From positions 11,123 through 75,122 of the forward strand of contig JAATFT010000080.1 of NCBI GenBank assembly GCA_015655075.1: a stretch of 64,000 bases of DNA. Direction: 5' to 3'. How positions within the stretch are numbered: position 1 is the stretch's first letter; each line of letters begins with the position of its first letter. The stretch comes from Clostridiales bacterium (GTDB lineage: Bacteria > Bacillota > Clostridia > Lachnospirales > Lachnospiraceae). The notes beneath the pieces are model-generated. The model was not told the origin of the DNA and ran no database searches. It saw only the letters and a program-made list of their open reading frames with translations. The translations under genes were made by a program, and so were the position numbers. Shown here piece by piece: positions 39,920 to 50,000 of the stretch.

Positions 39920-42900
39920 ACTCATGTCCTCTCTTACGACTTGCACGTCTTCTTTTGTTTCTTCTTTGTGCCTTATTCCTTATCTCATCATCAGTATCTT
40001 GATTTATATTAAATATCTTATTATGTATATAAACTACCAGCTCATTAATGCTTGGGTTCATCATTACGTCAATGGCCTTAACCTCAATATCAAGTACCTC
40101 TGACAGTTTGCTGGATATTGAATAAATAGTTATCGAATCACCACCCAGATCAAAGATATTTGCATCTCGATCAAGAGATGAAATCTTTAATGTACTTTTC
40201 CAAATCTCTGCCACGGTATCCCATATCTCTTGCAATTTTTCATTCCATATCACATTGCTACTTATATCAAAACGGAAGTCAATTATTGAAAGTAAGTTAT
40301 TTATTGATGATGATATGATTTTTTCTTGAATAAACTTTTTGCTTTCGTGATTGCCCAAGGTAACACTTATTCGAGGTTTATATAAATCAAAAATCTGATG
40401 CATAATAAACTGATTCTCTCTATTTATGCCTATAATGCTAACCAAACTATCACTTTCCAGAACATGGTTGAAGCACGCAACTCCATCTTGTGGCTCTATA
40501 TGTTGAAATATATTTTGTTTATAACTATTTACCTCTATACCACTTGCCATGCCGGTCTTATTCCAAAAGCTCCACAACACACTTTTTATCCTCACTCCTT
40601 TATTTCTAAGATAACATGCATACTGCTCTTGCATAGAGTTGGATCCGGCATATGCTCCAAACGCAGGACTTCCGAAATATGAAGTAACTGATCCAAATAA
40701 ATATAAGTATGGCTCATTTAAAAGTTCACTCGATAACTTAACTAGATTCATCGTACCAATGACCTTGTTAAAAGAAGTAATATAAAAATTTTCAAATTCT
40801 TCTTTATCAAGAGTATGATTCATTAAATTCTCGTTATATAGAGTACCCTTCTCTGTAGACAAAACCCCAGTGAGATTGATTATACCATCTATCTTTATAC
40901 CATATGAAATTAATTCTTTCGATAAACTACAAAGCTGATTATAGTTAGTTACATCTGCTTGCCGATATATTGCCCTTACCCCCTTTCTTTCTAATGTAGC
41001 AAGTGAAATACTATTATCCTCCTGGGCGGTGCGTCCAACTATAACTAAATTTGCATTATAAGTGTCCTGTAAATACGAGCATAAATGGACCCCTATTCCT
41101 CCTAATCCACCTGCAACTAATATCGTGTGATTATTCCTAATCCAACCTTTACTTATTTCTGAATGCCTTGATGTCTTGAATCGCAACACATACCTGGTAT
41201 TTTCTCTGTAAACAGCCATTGGCTCTTTACTAAGACTCTGTAATTCTTTTCTTAACAAATGCTCATTATAATTTGCCAGATCAATTATTCTACCACTAAT
41301 CTGTGAGTTTTCTTGATTTAGGGTTTTTACCAAGCTTAACAGATCGCTTCCTTTATAGCTCCACTTATTGTTTGAAATAGAATACGCATTACAAACGATA
41401 AATAAAATCTGAATTTGCTTTCTTATAGTCGTAAGATTCCTAATATGTGAACTTAGCTTGTCATAATATTCTTTCAGCCCCTGGATAGAAGGTTGCTCGA
41501 TGTCTTCAGTATAAAATGTAAAATCTACCAAATAGTCATTTTCTTTAAGCTCACAGATACGATTTATACAATCACTAATATCAATATGAGAACTGTTTCC
41601 CAAAATCAGATTCATTTTTTCTTTTGAATCAAACAAATATTTAGCACGTACTAAGTGTTTTTTCTGTAATTTACTTTCTATCCAAAAGGGCGTAAGTTTA
41701 CTGTAAGCAACAGTATCTTCCAATTTACTTTCCCACCTATGATATTTGCCTTCAAGGTAATCATTTCTGTATTTATTACGTTGCTTCTTCCCTAATTCTG
41801 TTCGCGCGGATTCTTTAGCACTATATGGGAAAATATGTGCAGGATTAATCAGACACTGCTTTTGAACTGTTTTCCTTATGCTATCTACTAATTGCTTCAG
41901 TTCTATCAGACCTTCAGGACTTAGTAGATCATATCTTTCGGGCGTAAAAAAGATGATAACTTCCTCTGTTCCGCTTTTTCCTAGAACTGATGTAGCTACA
42001 GAAGATGATGCCAAGACACCCGTAACCGAATCGGCTGCTGATTCAAAATCGTGAACGTAGTAGTTTAATCCGTTGATAATTATAATATCTTTCTCACGCC
42101 CAGTTATTGTCACGAGGTTATCGGTTATAAATCCAAGATCTCCTGTAATTAAAAATCCATCTTCTGTAAACGAATCGTTATTTGCAGCATCATTTTTATA
42201 GTATCCTTTTGTATATGAAGGGCCCCGACCTTGTAAATACCCTATTTCACCTTCCATACATATTTCGCCGATTGAATCAACTATCCTAAGTTCAGACCCC
42301 GGTGTTGGTTCTCCAACTGGCAGGAATTGATTACCTTCATTATGCTTAACCGGAGAGAAATTATTATAATAGGTTACACAGGAAGATGTTTCTGTCATGC
42401 CGAAGGCCGGCACAATACAATTCGGATCTAACCCATAGTCTTTTAGACTATTAAGAAAACCCAATAGTACTCGACTCACATTTGCTTCACCTCCCGCAAA
42501 TGCATATTTAAGGCAGTCTAGCTGCCATGAGTACTTCTTATTGCAATCAATGTTGTCTGCTACTAATGCAAACGCAAAATTTGGTGCCCAGGTTATTGTA
42601 ACTCTATACTGATCAATTAGTTCCATCCATTTAAGCGGATTCTTGAGTATTATGTCCGTATTAACCTGAATTTGTAATATGTTCATGAAAATATCTCGAA
42701 TATGCGACCATATTAGGCCTGCTGCGTGAGTAAACGTCATCCAATTGAGATCTACATTGTCGCTATCTAAATCATATAATTGTATTTCGCCAATAGTACG
42801 AGCGAAAATGTTTTTTTGACTCAGTTGTACTCCTTTCGGTAGTCCAGTACTTCCTGAAGTAAATAGTATCAAACAGGTTTCATCTTGATCCCAGTGATAC

Positions 42901-43751
42901 TCCTTGATTTCTGCATTACTGTCTTCATTGTTAAATAGAGCAACATCTAAACCATCAAACCGTTTGTCTATTTTGAGAACCTCTATCTTTGCCGTCTCAT
43001 AGTTTGTAACCAGGATCCTGGGGCGTTCTAACAGTTCCCATATTCCTAAAAGTTTATCAACATTATTTACTTCTGCTTCATAATCTTCAATAGCCGTCAT
43101 TGGTGCCGGTATTACACCAATCAACATACATGCCCAGAACGCTTCCAAGAAAGACCTTCTATTATTTATTTGGAATATCAATTTATCACCAGGTTTAACT
43201 CCGGTCTCCACTAAATTCTTTGCACACTTTGTGGCATTTGTATACAGCTGCGCAATCGTCTGAACCTCTTGTCCATCATTTGTTAGATATACTATTTCTT
43301 GGTCACTCGATGATCTCGTTTTAATTAAGTCCACAAGATTATCATAGATCCATCGACTTTTATCCAACGGTTCACTTGTTGCTACAGCTAACTTCCCACT
43401 GCCAGCAGTAACTGCATGACTTGTATTATTCTTTATTTGAGATAAATGTAGTACTTCTTCCACATTATCATAAAATAACTTTATTTTTGCATTACTATCA
43501 ACACCTGATATAACGCTTTCTAGCTTTTGTATGCTTTCACTATCTACGGTATCCATTCCTTGAAGAGCTATGTGATCTACTTCTCCTTTATTTGTTAACG
43601 GGATATATGGCACCTTTACTAGCGGTTTTTCTGATTGACCAGCAAGATCTTTATACTGAAGATCTTTTATACAGCTAAAGTACAACTTGTCAGGTGTTTG
43701 AACCCAGTCAAATATATCTGGATGTAATTCGACAATATCTTGCTTAGACAT
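39909..43751 (-). CDS. Depsipeptide NRPS module: pseudo-Asub - A(alpha-keto acid) - KR - PCP
   Basis: N-terminal YIPLTNKGEVD (A10-like); LFTSGSTGLPKG; WMTFTHAAG (no Asp235); FGMTETSS; KR GGLGGIG and YAGSN; PCP GGDSI; Arg-rich tail. Confidence 0.88.
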   Translation of the reverse strand: MSKQDIVELHPDIFDWVQTPDKLYFSCIKDLQYKDLAGQSEKPLVKVPYIPLTNKGEVDHIALQGMDTVDSESIQKLESVISGVDSNAKIKLFYDNVEEVLHLSQIKNNTSHAVTAGSGKLAVATSEPLDKSRWIYDNLVDLIKTRSSSDQEIVYLTNDGQEVQTIAQLYTNATKCAKNLVETGVKPGDKLIFQINNRRSFLEAFWACMLIGVIPAPMTAIEDYEAEVNNVDKLLGIWELLERPRILVTNYETAKIEVLKIDKRFDGLDVALFNNEDSNAEIKEYHWDQDETCLILFTSGSTGLPKGVQLSQKNIFARTIGEIQLYDLDSDNVDLNWMTFTHAAGLIWSHIRDIFMNILQIQVNTDIILKNPLKWMELIDQYRVTITWAPNFAFALVADNIDCNKKYSWQLDCLKYAFAGGEANVSRVLLGFLNSLKDYGLDPNCIVPAFGMTETSSCVTYYNNFSPVKHNEGNQFLPVGEPTPGSELRIVDSIGEICMEGEIGYLQGRGPSYTKGYYKNDAANNDSFTEDGFLITGDLGFITDNLVTITGREKDIIIINGLNYYVHDFESAADSVTGVLASSSVATSVLGKSGTEEVIIFFTPERYDLLSPEGLIELKQLVDSIRKTVQKQCLINPAHIFPYSAKESARTELGKKQRNKYRNDYLEGKYHRWESKLEDTVAYSKLTPFWIESKLQKKHLVRAKYLFDSKEKMNLILGNSSHIDISDCINRICELKENDYLVDFTFYTEDIEQPSIQGLKEYYDKLSSHIRNLTTIRKQIQILFIVCNAYSISNNKWSYKGSDLLSLVKTLNQENSQISGRIIDLANYNEHLLRKELQSLSKEPMAVYRENTRYVLRFKTSRHSEISKGWIRNNHTILVAGGLGGIGVHLCSYLQDTYNANLVIVGRTAQEDNSISLATLERKGVRAIYRQADVTNYNQLCSLSKELISYGIKIDGIINLTGVLSTEKGTLYNENLMNHTLDKEEFENFYITSFNKVIGTMNLVKLSSELLNEPYLYLFGSVTSYFGSPAFGAYAGSNSMQEQYACYLRNKGVRIKSVLWSFWNKTGMASGIEVNSYKQNIFQHIEPQDGVACFNHVLESDSLVSIIGINRENQFIMHQIFDLYKPRISVTLGNHESKKFIQEKIISSSINNLLSIIDFRFDISSNVIWNEKLQEIWDTVAEIWKSTLKISSLDRDANIFDLGGDSITIYSISSKLSEVLDIEVKAIDVMMNPSINELVVYIHNKIFNINQDTDDEIRNKAQRRNKRRRASRKRGHEYGS

Positions 43752-43763
43752 ATTTACCTCCTA

Positions 43764-46715
43764 TTATAACTCATCTATCAGTTGATCCAGCGATTTTACT
43801 TCTTTATGCTCACCGCTCTCTTCCACTGTGTTTGTCTGGGAATATTCCTCAATTGCTTCAAGGTAATCAGAAATTTCAGCAATATTCTTAAACTGATAAA
43901 CCTCTTTTAGTGAGATCTTTTTATGAAGTTGTGACTCAATTTGTTTTAAAATCATCACGATCGATAAAGAATCATAACCTAATTCAAATAAATCTTCGTA
44001 AATGTCCAGCTCTGCTAATTCAAGAGCCTCTTTAAAAATCTGTACTAAAATACTATCAGTCTTATTTCGCATACAAGTGCCCAAATCATCTGGAGATTCC
44101 ATATTAATGGATGTAACACTATTATCGCTTGAAACAACCACAGATGTATTTCCATCTACTTTTTTATAACGCCAATATGACTTATGCTCAAAAGCATATG
44201 TCGGCAATGACGTTCTATAAGGTACGATCTCATACAAATTATTCCAATTTATATCCAAACCAGCCCCCCAAATATTTCCTATGGCCTTATAAAATCCTTG
44301 TAGCGAATCACCTTGACCTGTTGTAATTGATGATATAACTTTAGTCTGTTTATCATTCCTTGTAGTCTTTTTTATGCATGGAGCAAGCTGATCTGATGTA
44401 CCTATTTCGATCCAAATATTACTTTTTTCTTTGCTCATTTCTTTTATACTATCGTAAAATAGAACTGGCTGATAGCACTGTCTTAGCCAATAATCCGACG
44501 TAGACATTTTTTGTGATTTATCGATTTCTACATCACATGCAGAAAATATCTGTATTTTAGGCACAGAAAACGTTATCTGATTAAGTAACAATTCATACTC
44601 TGGGCAGATTTCCTTTACCATCTCGCAATGCCCCGCTCTATTTACATTGAGTTCAGAACACGGGATTTTTTTTAAATCAAAGACTCTTTTGACTTCATCT
44701 ATCAATAAAGACGGTCCGGAAACCATAAGTCTTTTTTCAGCATTTACCGCTCCAATAGCAGTGCCTTCAGGCAATAAATCTTTAATCTTTTCTATTGGTG
44801 CCGATACAGACAACATTTTACCTTCAGGAAGAGAGTCAAATAAATGAGCACGATTTACAATTAATTTAACTCCGTCTTCAAAAGTAAATATTCCTGCAAT
44901 CGCAGCGCAAGTATATTCTCCCAGACTGTGACCAATTAGTATAGAAGGAACCACTCCTATATGAATCCACAGTTTCGCCAAAGCATAACCAACTACATAT
45001 GTCATCAACATGCCAGATTCAACATCGCTCAATATATCCGGCTTACATGTATAATATTTTAGAAAAAGCCTTTTTAGATCTATTTGCTGCTCCTCATATA
45101 TTTTTTTAAAACATGTTTCTAGTTGGTTTTTGAAATAGCTTGATCTTTCATACAATTCCAAACCGATAGAGTTTCCTAAACTACCTGAACCAGTAAATGC
45201 AAATACAACATCTTCTGTAGTTACTATTTCTTTCGCACGAATATCATCTAAGCAATTTACAAGTTCCTCATTAGATGCTGCAGTAAAAGAATATCTATAT
45301 TTAAAATGCTCTCGGCCAATTTGCAACGTATACGCTGCATCTGATAGACGAGTATTATTTTGCTGGAAATGACACTTTAATCTATCACAATTATTTTTGA
45401 GTGCTTGTTCCGTTTTAGCGCTCACAATAAATAAGTGTCTATCTTCTATTTCTACTGGTCTTTCAGTCTCTGGAGTATACTCTGAAAGGATAGCGATGGC
45501 ATTTGCCCCTCCCATACCAAAAGCACTAGCACCTGCAATTCTCGGTTTAGAACTTTTCCAATTGCATAATTTATCATTAATAATCAATGGGCAGTCTTTT
45601 TCTTGCAGTTCGTCATTAGGATCCAAATAATTAATGCTTGGTACAATCATTTTATTCTTTAGCATAAGAGCCACTTTGATCACATTTGATATGCCGGCTG
45701 CCGCATTAGTATGTCCAATATTCGACTTAATTGAACCAATATATAGAGGTTTCTCATTATTTTTAAAAACCTTTTTTAGGGCGCGCAGCTCAACCGAGTC
45801 CCCCAATACCGTCGCTGTTCCATGTGTCTCAAAGTAACTGATATCATTTGGTTCTATACCTGCAACATTCAATGCATCCCATATGCATTCTTCCTGCCCC
45901 ATAACACTCGGTGCCGCAAAACCAACTTTTCGATTACCATCGTTATTAACACTAGTTCCTTTTATTACTGCCAGGATATTATCATGATCATTAATGGCAT
46001 CTTTTAGCCGTTTTAAAATTACAAGTCCCTGGGCATGGGCAGGTACAAAACCATCGGCATTCTTGTCAAATGCTTTCACATATCCAGACCTTGACAATGT
46101 AGCATCTGCAGTATAATAACCCTCTTGCTCCGGTTCAATACTCACTGCACCCGCTACAGCAATATCACATTCATAGTTTAGTAAACCCTGATAAGCAACA
46201 TGTAACGAAGCCATAGACGAAGCACATGCATATTTGATAAGCATACATGGTCCATGCAAATTAAGTTTATAAGCAATGCGTGTTAAAAACGTTCCATCGC
46301 AATGGAACATGAATTGATGATAATTTTCATGCCAATCTCCTGGCATATTCATAATATAGTTCCATACATAAACATGTTCATCACAACTTGCATACACTCC
46401 TGCTCTACCATCGTATCTATTAAGATCATAACCTGCATCCTCAAGCGCCTCATATATTCCCTCAAGCAAAAAACGCTGCTGTGGATCACTGTCTAGGGCT
46501 TCTTTCCTATTAGTATTAAAAAAATCTGCATCGAATTTATCAATATCATCTAGTTTTCCGTAAGCTGCAACATAATTACCATTGCTTTTCTTCATATCTC
46601 TTTCAATACAATCTATACCATGTGACAAATTAGACCATAGCTCACCAATATTCTTAGCCTTCGGAAATCTACCGGACATTCCAATGATAGCAACATCAAA
46701 CTCATTATTCGTCAT
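43764..46715 (-). CDS. Type I PKS module KS-AT-ACP with non-canonical AT motif
   Basis: KS YACASS, ETHGT, IGH; AT GHSLG and RAGH (HAFH/YASH position); ACP GYDSL. Start set to ATG 46715 behind GAAGGAG. Confidence 0.92.
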   Translation of the reverse strand: MTNNEFDVAIIGMSGRFPKAKNIGELWSNLSHGIDCIERDMKKSNGNYVAAYGKLDDIDKFDADFFNTNRKEALDSDPQQRFLLEGIYEALEDAGYDLNRYDGRAGVYASCDEHVYVWNYIMNMPGDWHENYHQFMFHCDGTFLTRIAYKLNLHGPCMLIKYACASSMASLHVAYQGLLNYECDIAVAGAVSIEPEQEGYYTADATLSRSGYVKAFDKNADGFVPAHAQGLVILKRLKDAINDHDNILAVIKGTSVNNDGNRKVGFAAPSVMGQEECIWDALNVAGIEPNDISYFETHGTATVLGDSVELRALKKVFKNNEKPLYIGSIKSNIGHTNAAAGISNVIKVALMLKNKMIVPSINYLDPNDELQEKDCPLIINDKLCNWKSSKPRIAGASAFGMGGANAIAILSEYTPETERPVEIEDRHLFIVSAKTEQALKNNCDRLKCHFQQNNTRLSDAAYTLQIGREHFKYRYSFTAASNEELVNCLDDIRAKEIVTTEDVVFAFTGSGSLGNSIGLELYERSSYFKNQLETCFKKIYEEQQIDLKRLFLKYYTCKPDILSDVESGMLMTYVVGYALAKLWIHIGVVPSILIGHSLGEYTCAAIAGIFTFEDGVKLIVNRAHLFDSLPEGKMLSVSAPIEKIKDLLPEGTAIGAVNAEKRLMVSGPSLLIDEVKRVFDLKKIPCSELNVNRAGHCEMVKEICPEYELLLNQITFSVPKIQIFSACDVEIDKSQKMSTSDYWLRQCYQPVLFYDSIKEMSKEKSNIWIEIGTSDQLAPCIKKTTRNDKQTKVISSITTGQGDSLQGFYKAIGNIWGAGLDINWNNLYEIVPYRTSLPTYAFEHKSYWRYKKVDGNTSVVVSSDNSVTSINMESPDDLGTCMRNKTDSILVQIFKEALELAELDIYEDLFELGYDSLSIVMILKQIESQLHKKISLKEVYQFKNIAEISDYLEAIEEYSQTNTVEESGEHKEVKSLDQLIDEL

Positions 46716-46983
46716 TATGTCTTCTCCTTCTTCGTACTTTGTTATTGGAGATATTGCGTTTGTTTTGTTCATCCCCTTCTTCTAATGATACGGTAAGCAA
46801 CTGTAGAGTTGGATTTTCCATCACATCAATAGGCTTAATGTTTATTCCATATTGTTCTTTTGCCAGCATACACATCTTATATGTAAGCATAGAAGTCCCA
46901 CCTAAATCAAAAAAGTTTGCATCCTCTGGAATTTCTGTTAGTCCTAGTACCTCTTTCCATATTGATTCTATTTTATTTTTCAT
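46705..46983 (-). CDS. Stand-alone carrier protein (ACP/PCP) with Arg-rich tail
   Basis: IWKEVLG..DANFFDLGGTSM; ends KVRRRRRHNDE. Confidence 0.88.
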   Translation of the reverse strand: MKNKIESIWKEVLGLTEIPEDANFFDLGGTSMLTYKMCMLAKEQYGINIKPIDVMENPTLQLLTVSLEEGDEQNKRNISNNKVRRRRRHNDE

Positions 46984-47000
46984 ATTTAAAATCCTTTCTC

Positions 47001-50000
47001 CTATTCGAAAAATCCTACAGATTTCAGGTAATTGAATGTTTTTAAAAAGCTCTCAAAATTTTCACCTGTACCTTCAATATGATTCTCAGTCAAAATTCTG
47101 TTTGTTAAGTCTGAATTTACTAATTGTTCTGCACGCCCTTCAATTATGTCTGCTACTGGAACAACAGCAAGAATTGATATCAATGCAGTATCGTTCTTTT
47201 CTTTAGCATAAGAAATTAATTCTTTTCTCCAGTCTGCATAGTTTACCGAAACTATCTTGCTGTCAATCAGCTTAAGCCAATCCACCAATATCTTCATTGT
47301 TACAGTCTTATAAATTATGTTATAAGTAGCTTCGCTCTTTTTATATGGCAGTTTTGATAAATCTACAATGTTACTTGCCATAATATCAACCGGAATAGGA
47401 TTATATCCAAAAGTTGGTAATATTGGAGCCTTTTTTAGTTTCAGTATTACTCTAATCATTAGCCACATAAAATCACGCGTCTGGCATATTCCCTTATTAG
47501 TACCACCACTCAAGGTTCCAATACGATATATTTTGGCTGGTATCCCCTTTTCCCTTGCCATCTGCACTAAGTTATCTGCAATCCACTTTGTCTTGTTATA
47601 TTCATTTACTACTGATGTTTCAAATAACAACGGTGTATTTTCATTAATTATATGGTTTTCTTGTATCATTGCGCTGTATACAGTAAAAGAGGAAACATAA
47701 TGAATAATCTTAACTCTGTTGTAATGTCCAAAGGCGATAATTCTTCTAACACCCTCTACATTTGGCTTATAAAGCTTATGAAAATTGACTGCAAAATTTA
47801 CAACAGATGCAACATGATATATTGTATCAACATTTGATGCTAATTTATCATATTCATTTTTACTAAGTCCCAACGAATTATTGCTTATATCCCCTGCATA
47901 GTATGCTATCCTCTTATTATCAATCAACTCAGCAAGACCATACTGTTCCATATTTTTTACAACACGCTTTTCCGCATCTTCACTATTTACAGCTCTGATT
48001 AGTAAATTTATTTTTAGATTTTTATCCTGTAAAAGTTTAGCTAACATATGAGCTCCAAGAAATCCGGATGCACCTGTAAGCAGCACTTCTTTTGGCTTCC
48101 CATAACTACACTGATGGCTTTCGAGTTCAAAGTCATCAAAATACAGCTCTTTCATAACCTCCGCCTTTACTTGCTCAAAGCTATTTTCAATTTGCCTCTC
48201 TTCTATAAGCTCAGCGCACTCTCTGACAGTACTATGCTCCAAAATCTCCTGAAAGGTTATCGGTTTATCGAATTCTTTTTGTAACCTAAATGCTAATCTC
48301 GAAATTGAAATAGAATCTCCGCCACAGTCAAAGAAATCCGTGTCTATATTTAGATGCTGTAAATTAAGCACCTCTTTCCAAACCGCACTTACTCTTTTTT
48401 GAATCTCAGTAAGGTCTTCATTCTCCTTGCTATCATCATTTGTAATAGCCATATAGATTTTTTTCCAGTCGATTGATTTCATGCTATTATTGTTTCTTGG
48501 TATCTCATTAATTTCATGGAATCGAAGTACAGTATGCTTGGTTTTCAACAATTTGTTTCCGAGTACTTTTACTGCGGCAGCATTCTTTCCCTCATAAAAT
48601 ATATCAACAATCGGTTGTACTTTATCAACCAGTAAACCATTAAACCGCTTTGCCTCTCGATCTACTCCAACCATGCTATTTTGTATACCATTTTCCAGAA
48701 TGTATTCAAGATATTTGAGATTTTTTTCTGCAGCCATAGATATATAACCGCTACTACTAGAAGCATTTCTAAACGCCGCAGGTAAATCTTTCATAACACC
48801 AATATTTTCCCATTGACTCCAGTCAACAGTATAAATATACCTGTCTGATCTACTATAGTAAGCTCCATAACAATGTACCAAAGAATTAACTGCTGAATAG
48901 CTTGATAATGATGCCCCCCCAAAGTAACCATTTAAAGATCCAAACACAATCAGCGGTATATTATTATTTGGGCGTCTAAACTCATTTAATGCTAACAATG
49001 TATTTACCTTTGAAATAAATGTTTGCTTTAAGCTATATTCAGATTCATTACTAATCATATGGCTTTCTATATCATTCCAGTGCGACAGTCCATTTTCTGA
49101 ATCAGAAACTTTTCCTGCAAGATGAAAAATTGTATCAACCGGTCTTTCGATTTCTTCTTCAATCTTCCGCATCTCATTTATAAAACATCCAGATTCAGAT
49201 ATATCTAAATTCCTATAAATGATCTTATGCCCACCAATCTCATTTAACCTGGATATAATCTCTTTCTTTTCCAATGTAAGTGCTGATGTTCCCAATAAGA
49301 CTAATTGCATGTTGTGTCTACGAATAAGCCACTCCGATAATATAGTCCCAATTCCACCTAGCCCACCTGTTATAAGTGCAACTTTGTTGTTTAGCATAAG
49401 CCCCTGTGTGTTTTCCTGTGCATTTATAGATGTCAATGTTGATATATATCTCTGTCTCCGCCTATATGCCACCTCACGTTCTTTTAGTGTAAAACAAAGC
49501 TCATATTCAAAATAACAAGTTGATTCTTCATCTACATCAATCTGTTTAATTATTATATTGGGGTTTTCAAGGGATATACTTTTTACAAAGCCTCTTATTA
49601 AAGTGTTTGTAAGATTTATTTTTTTATCTCCCTCTACACTCACCCCGTAACAGGTTGGTAAATAAATAACACTACCTGCAGGAAGTGTTGCCCATTGCTT
49701 TCCATGTTGCAATAGACCTTCAGCAAAATTAGATAATTCAGTATTGGAGTTTTCGTAGGCATATAAATCTATTAACTTTATCGCTTCGCTGACACTTGAC
49801 AGCGAAGCGATATCAATAAGATCATAATTATCTTTTGATAAATTACCTATTATGTTTTTACCGCTCTCTTTACCATTTATAATACGAAAATACTGGTTGT
49901 CATGTATATGTTTATATTTATCTTTAGCGGTCTTTCTCCAGACTTCCTTTAGAAGATAATACTCATCATCTTCCTTTTCTGAAATCAAGGATAAAATATC

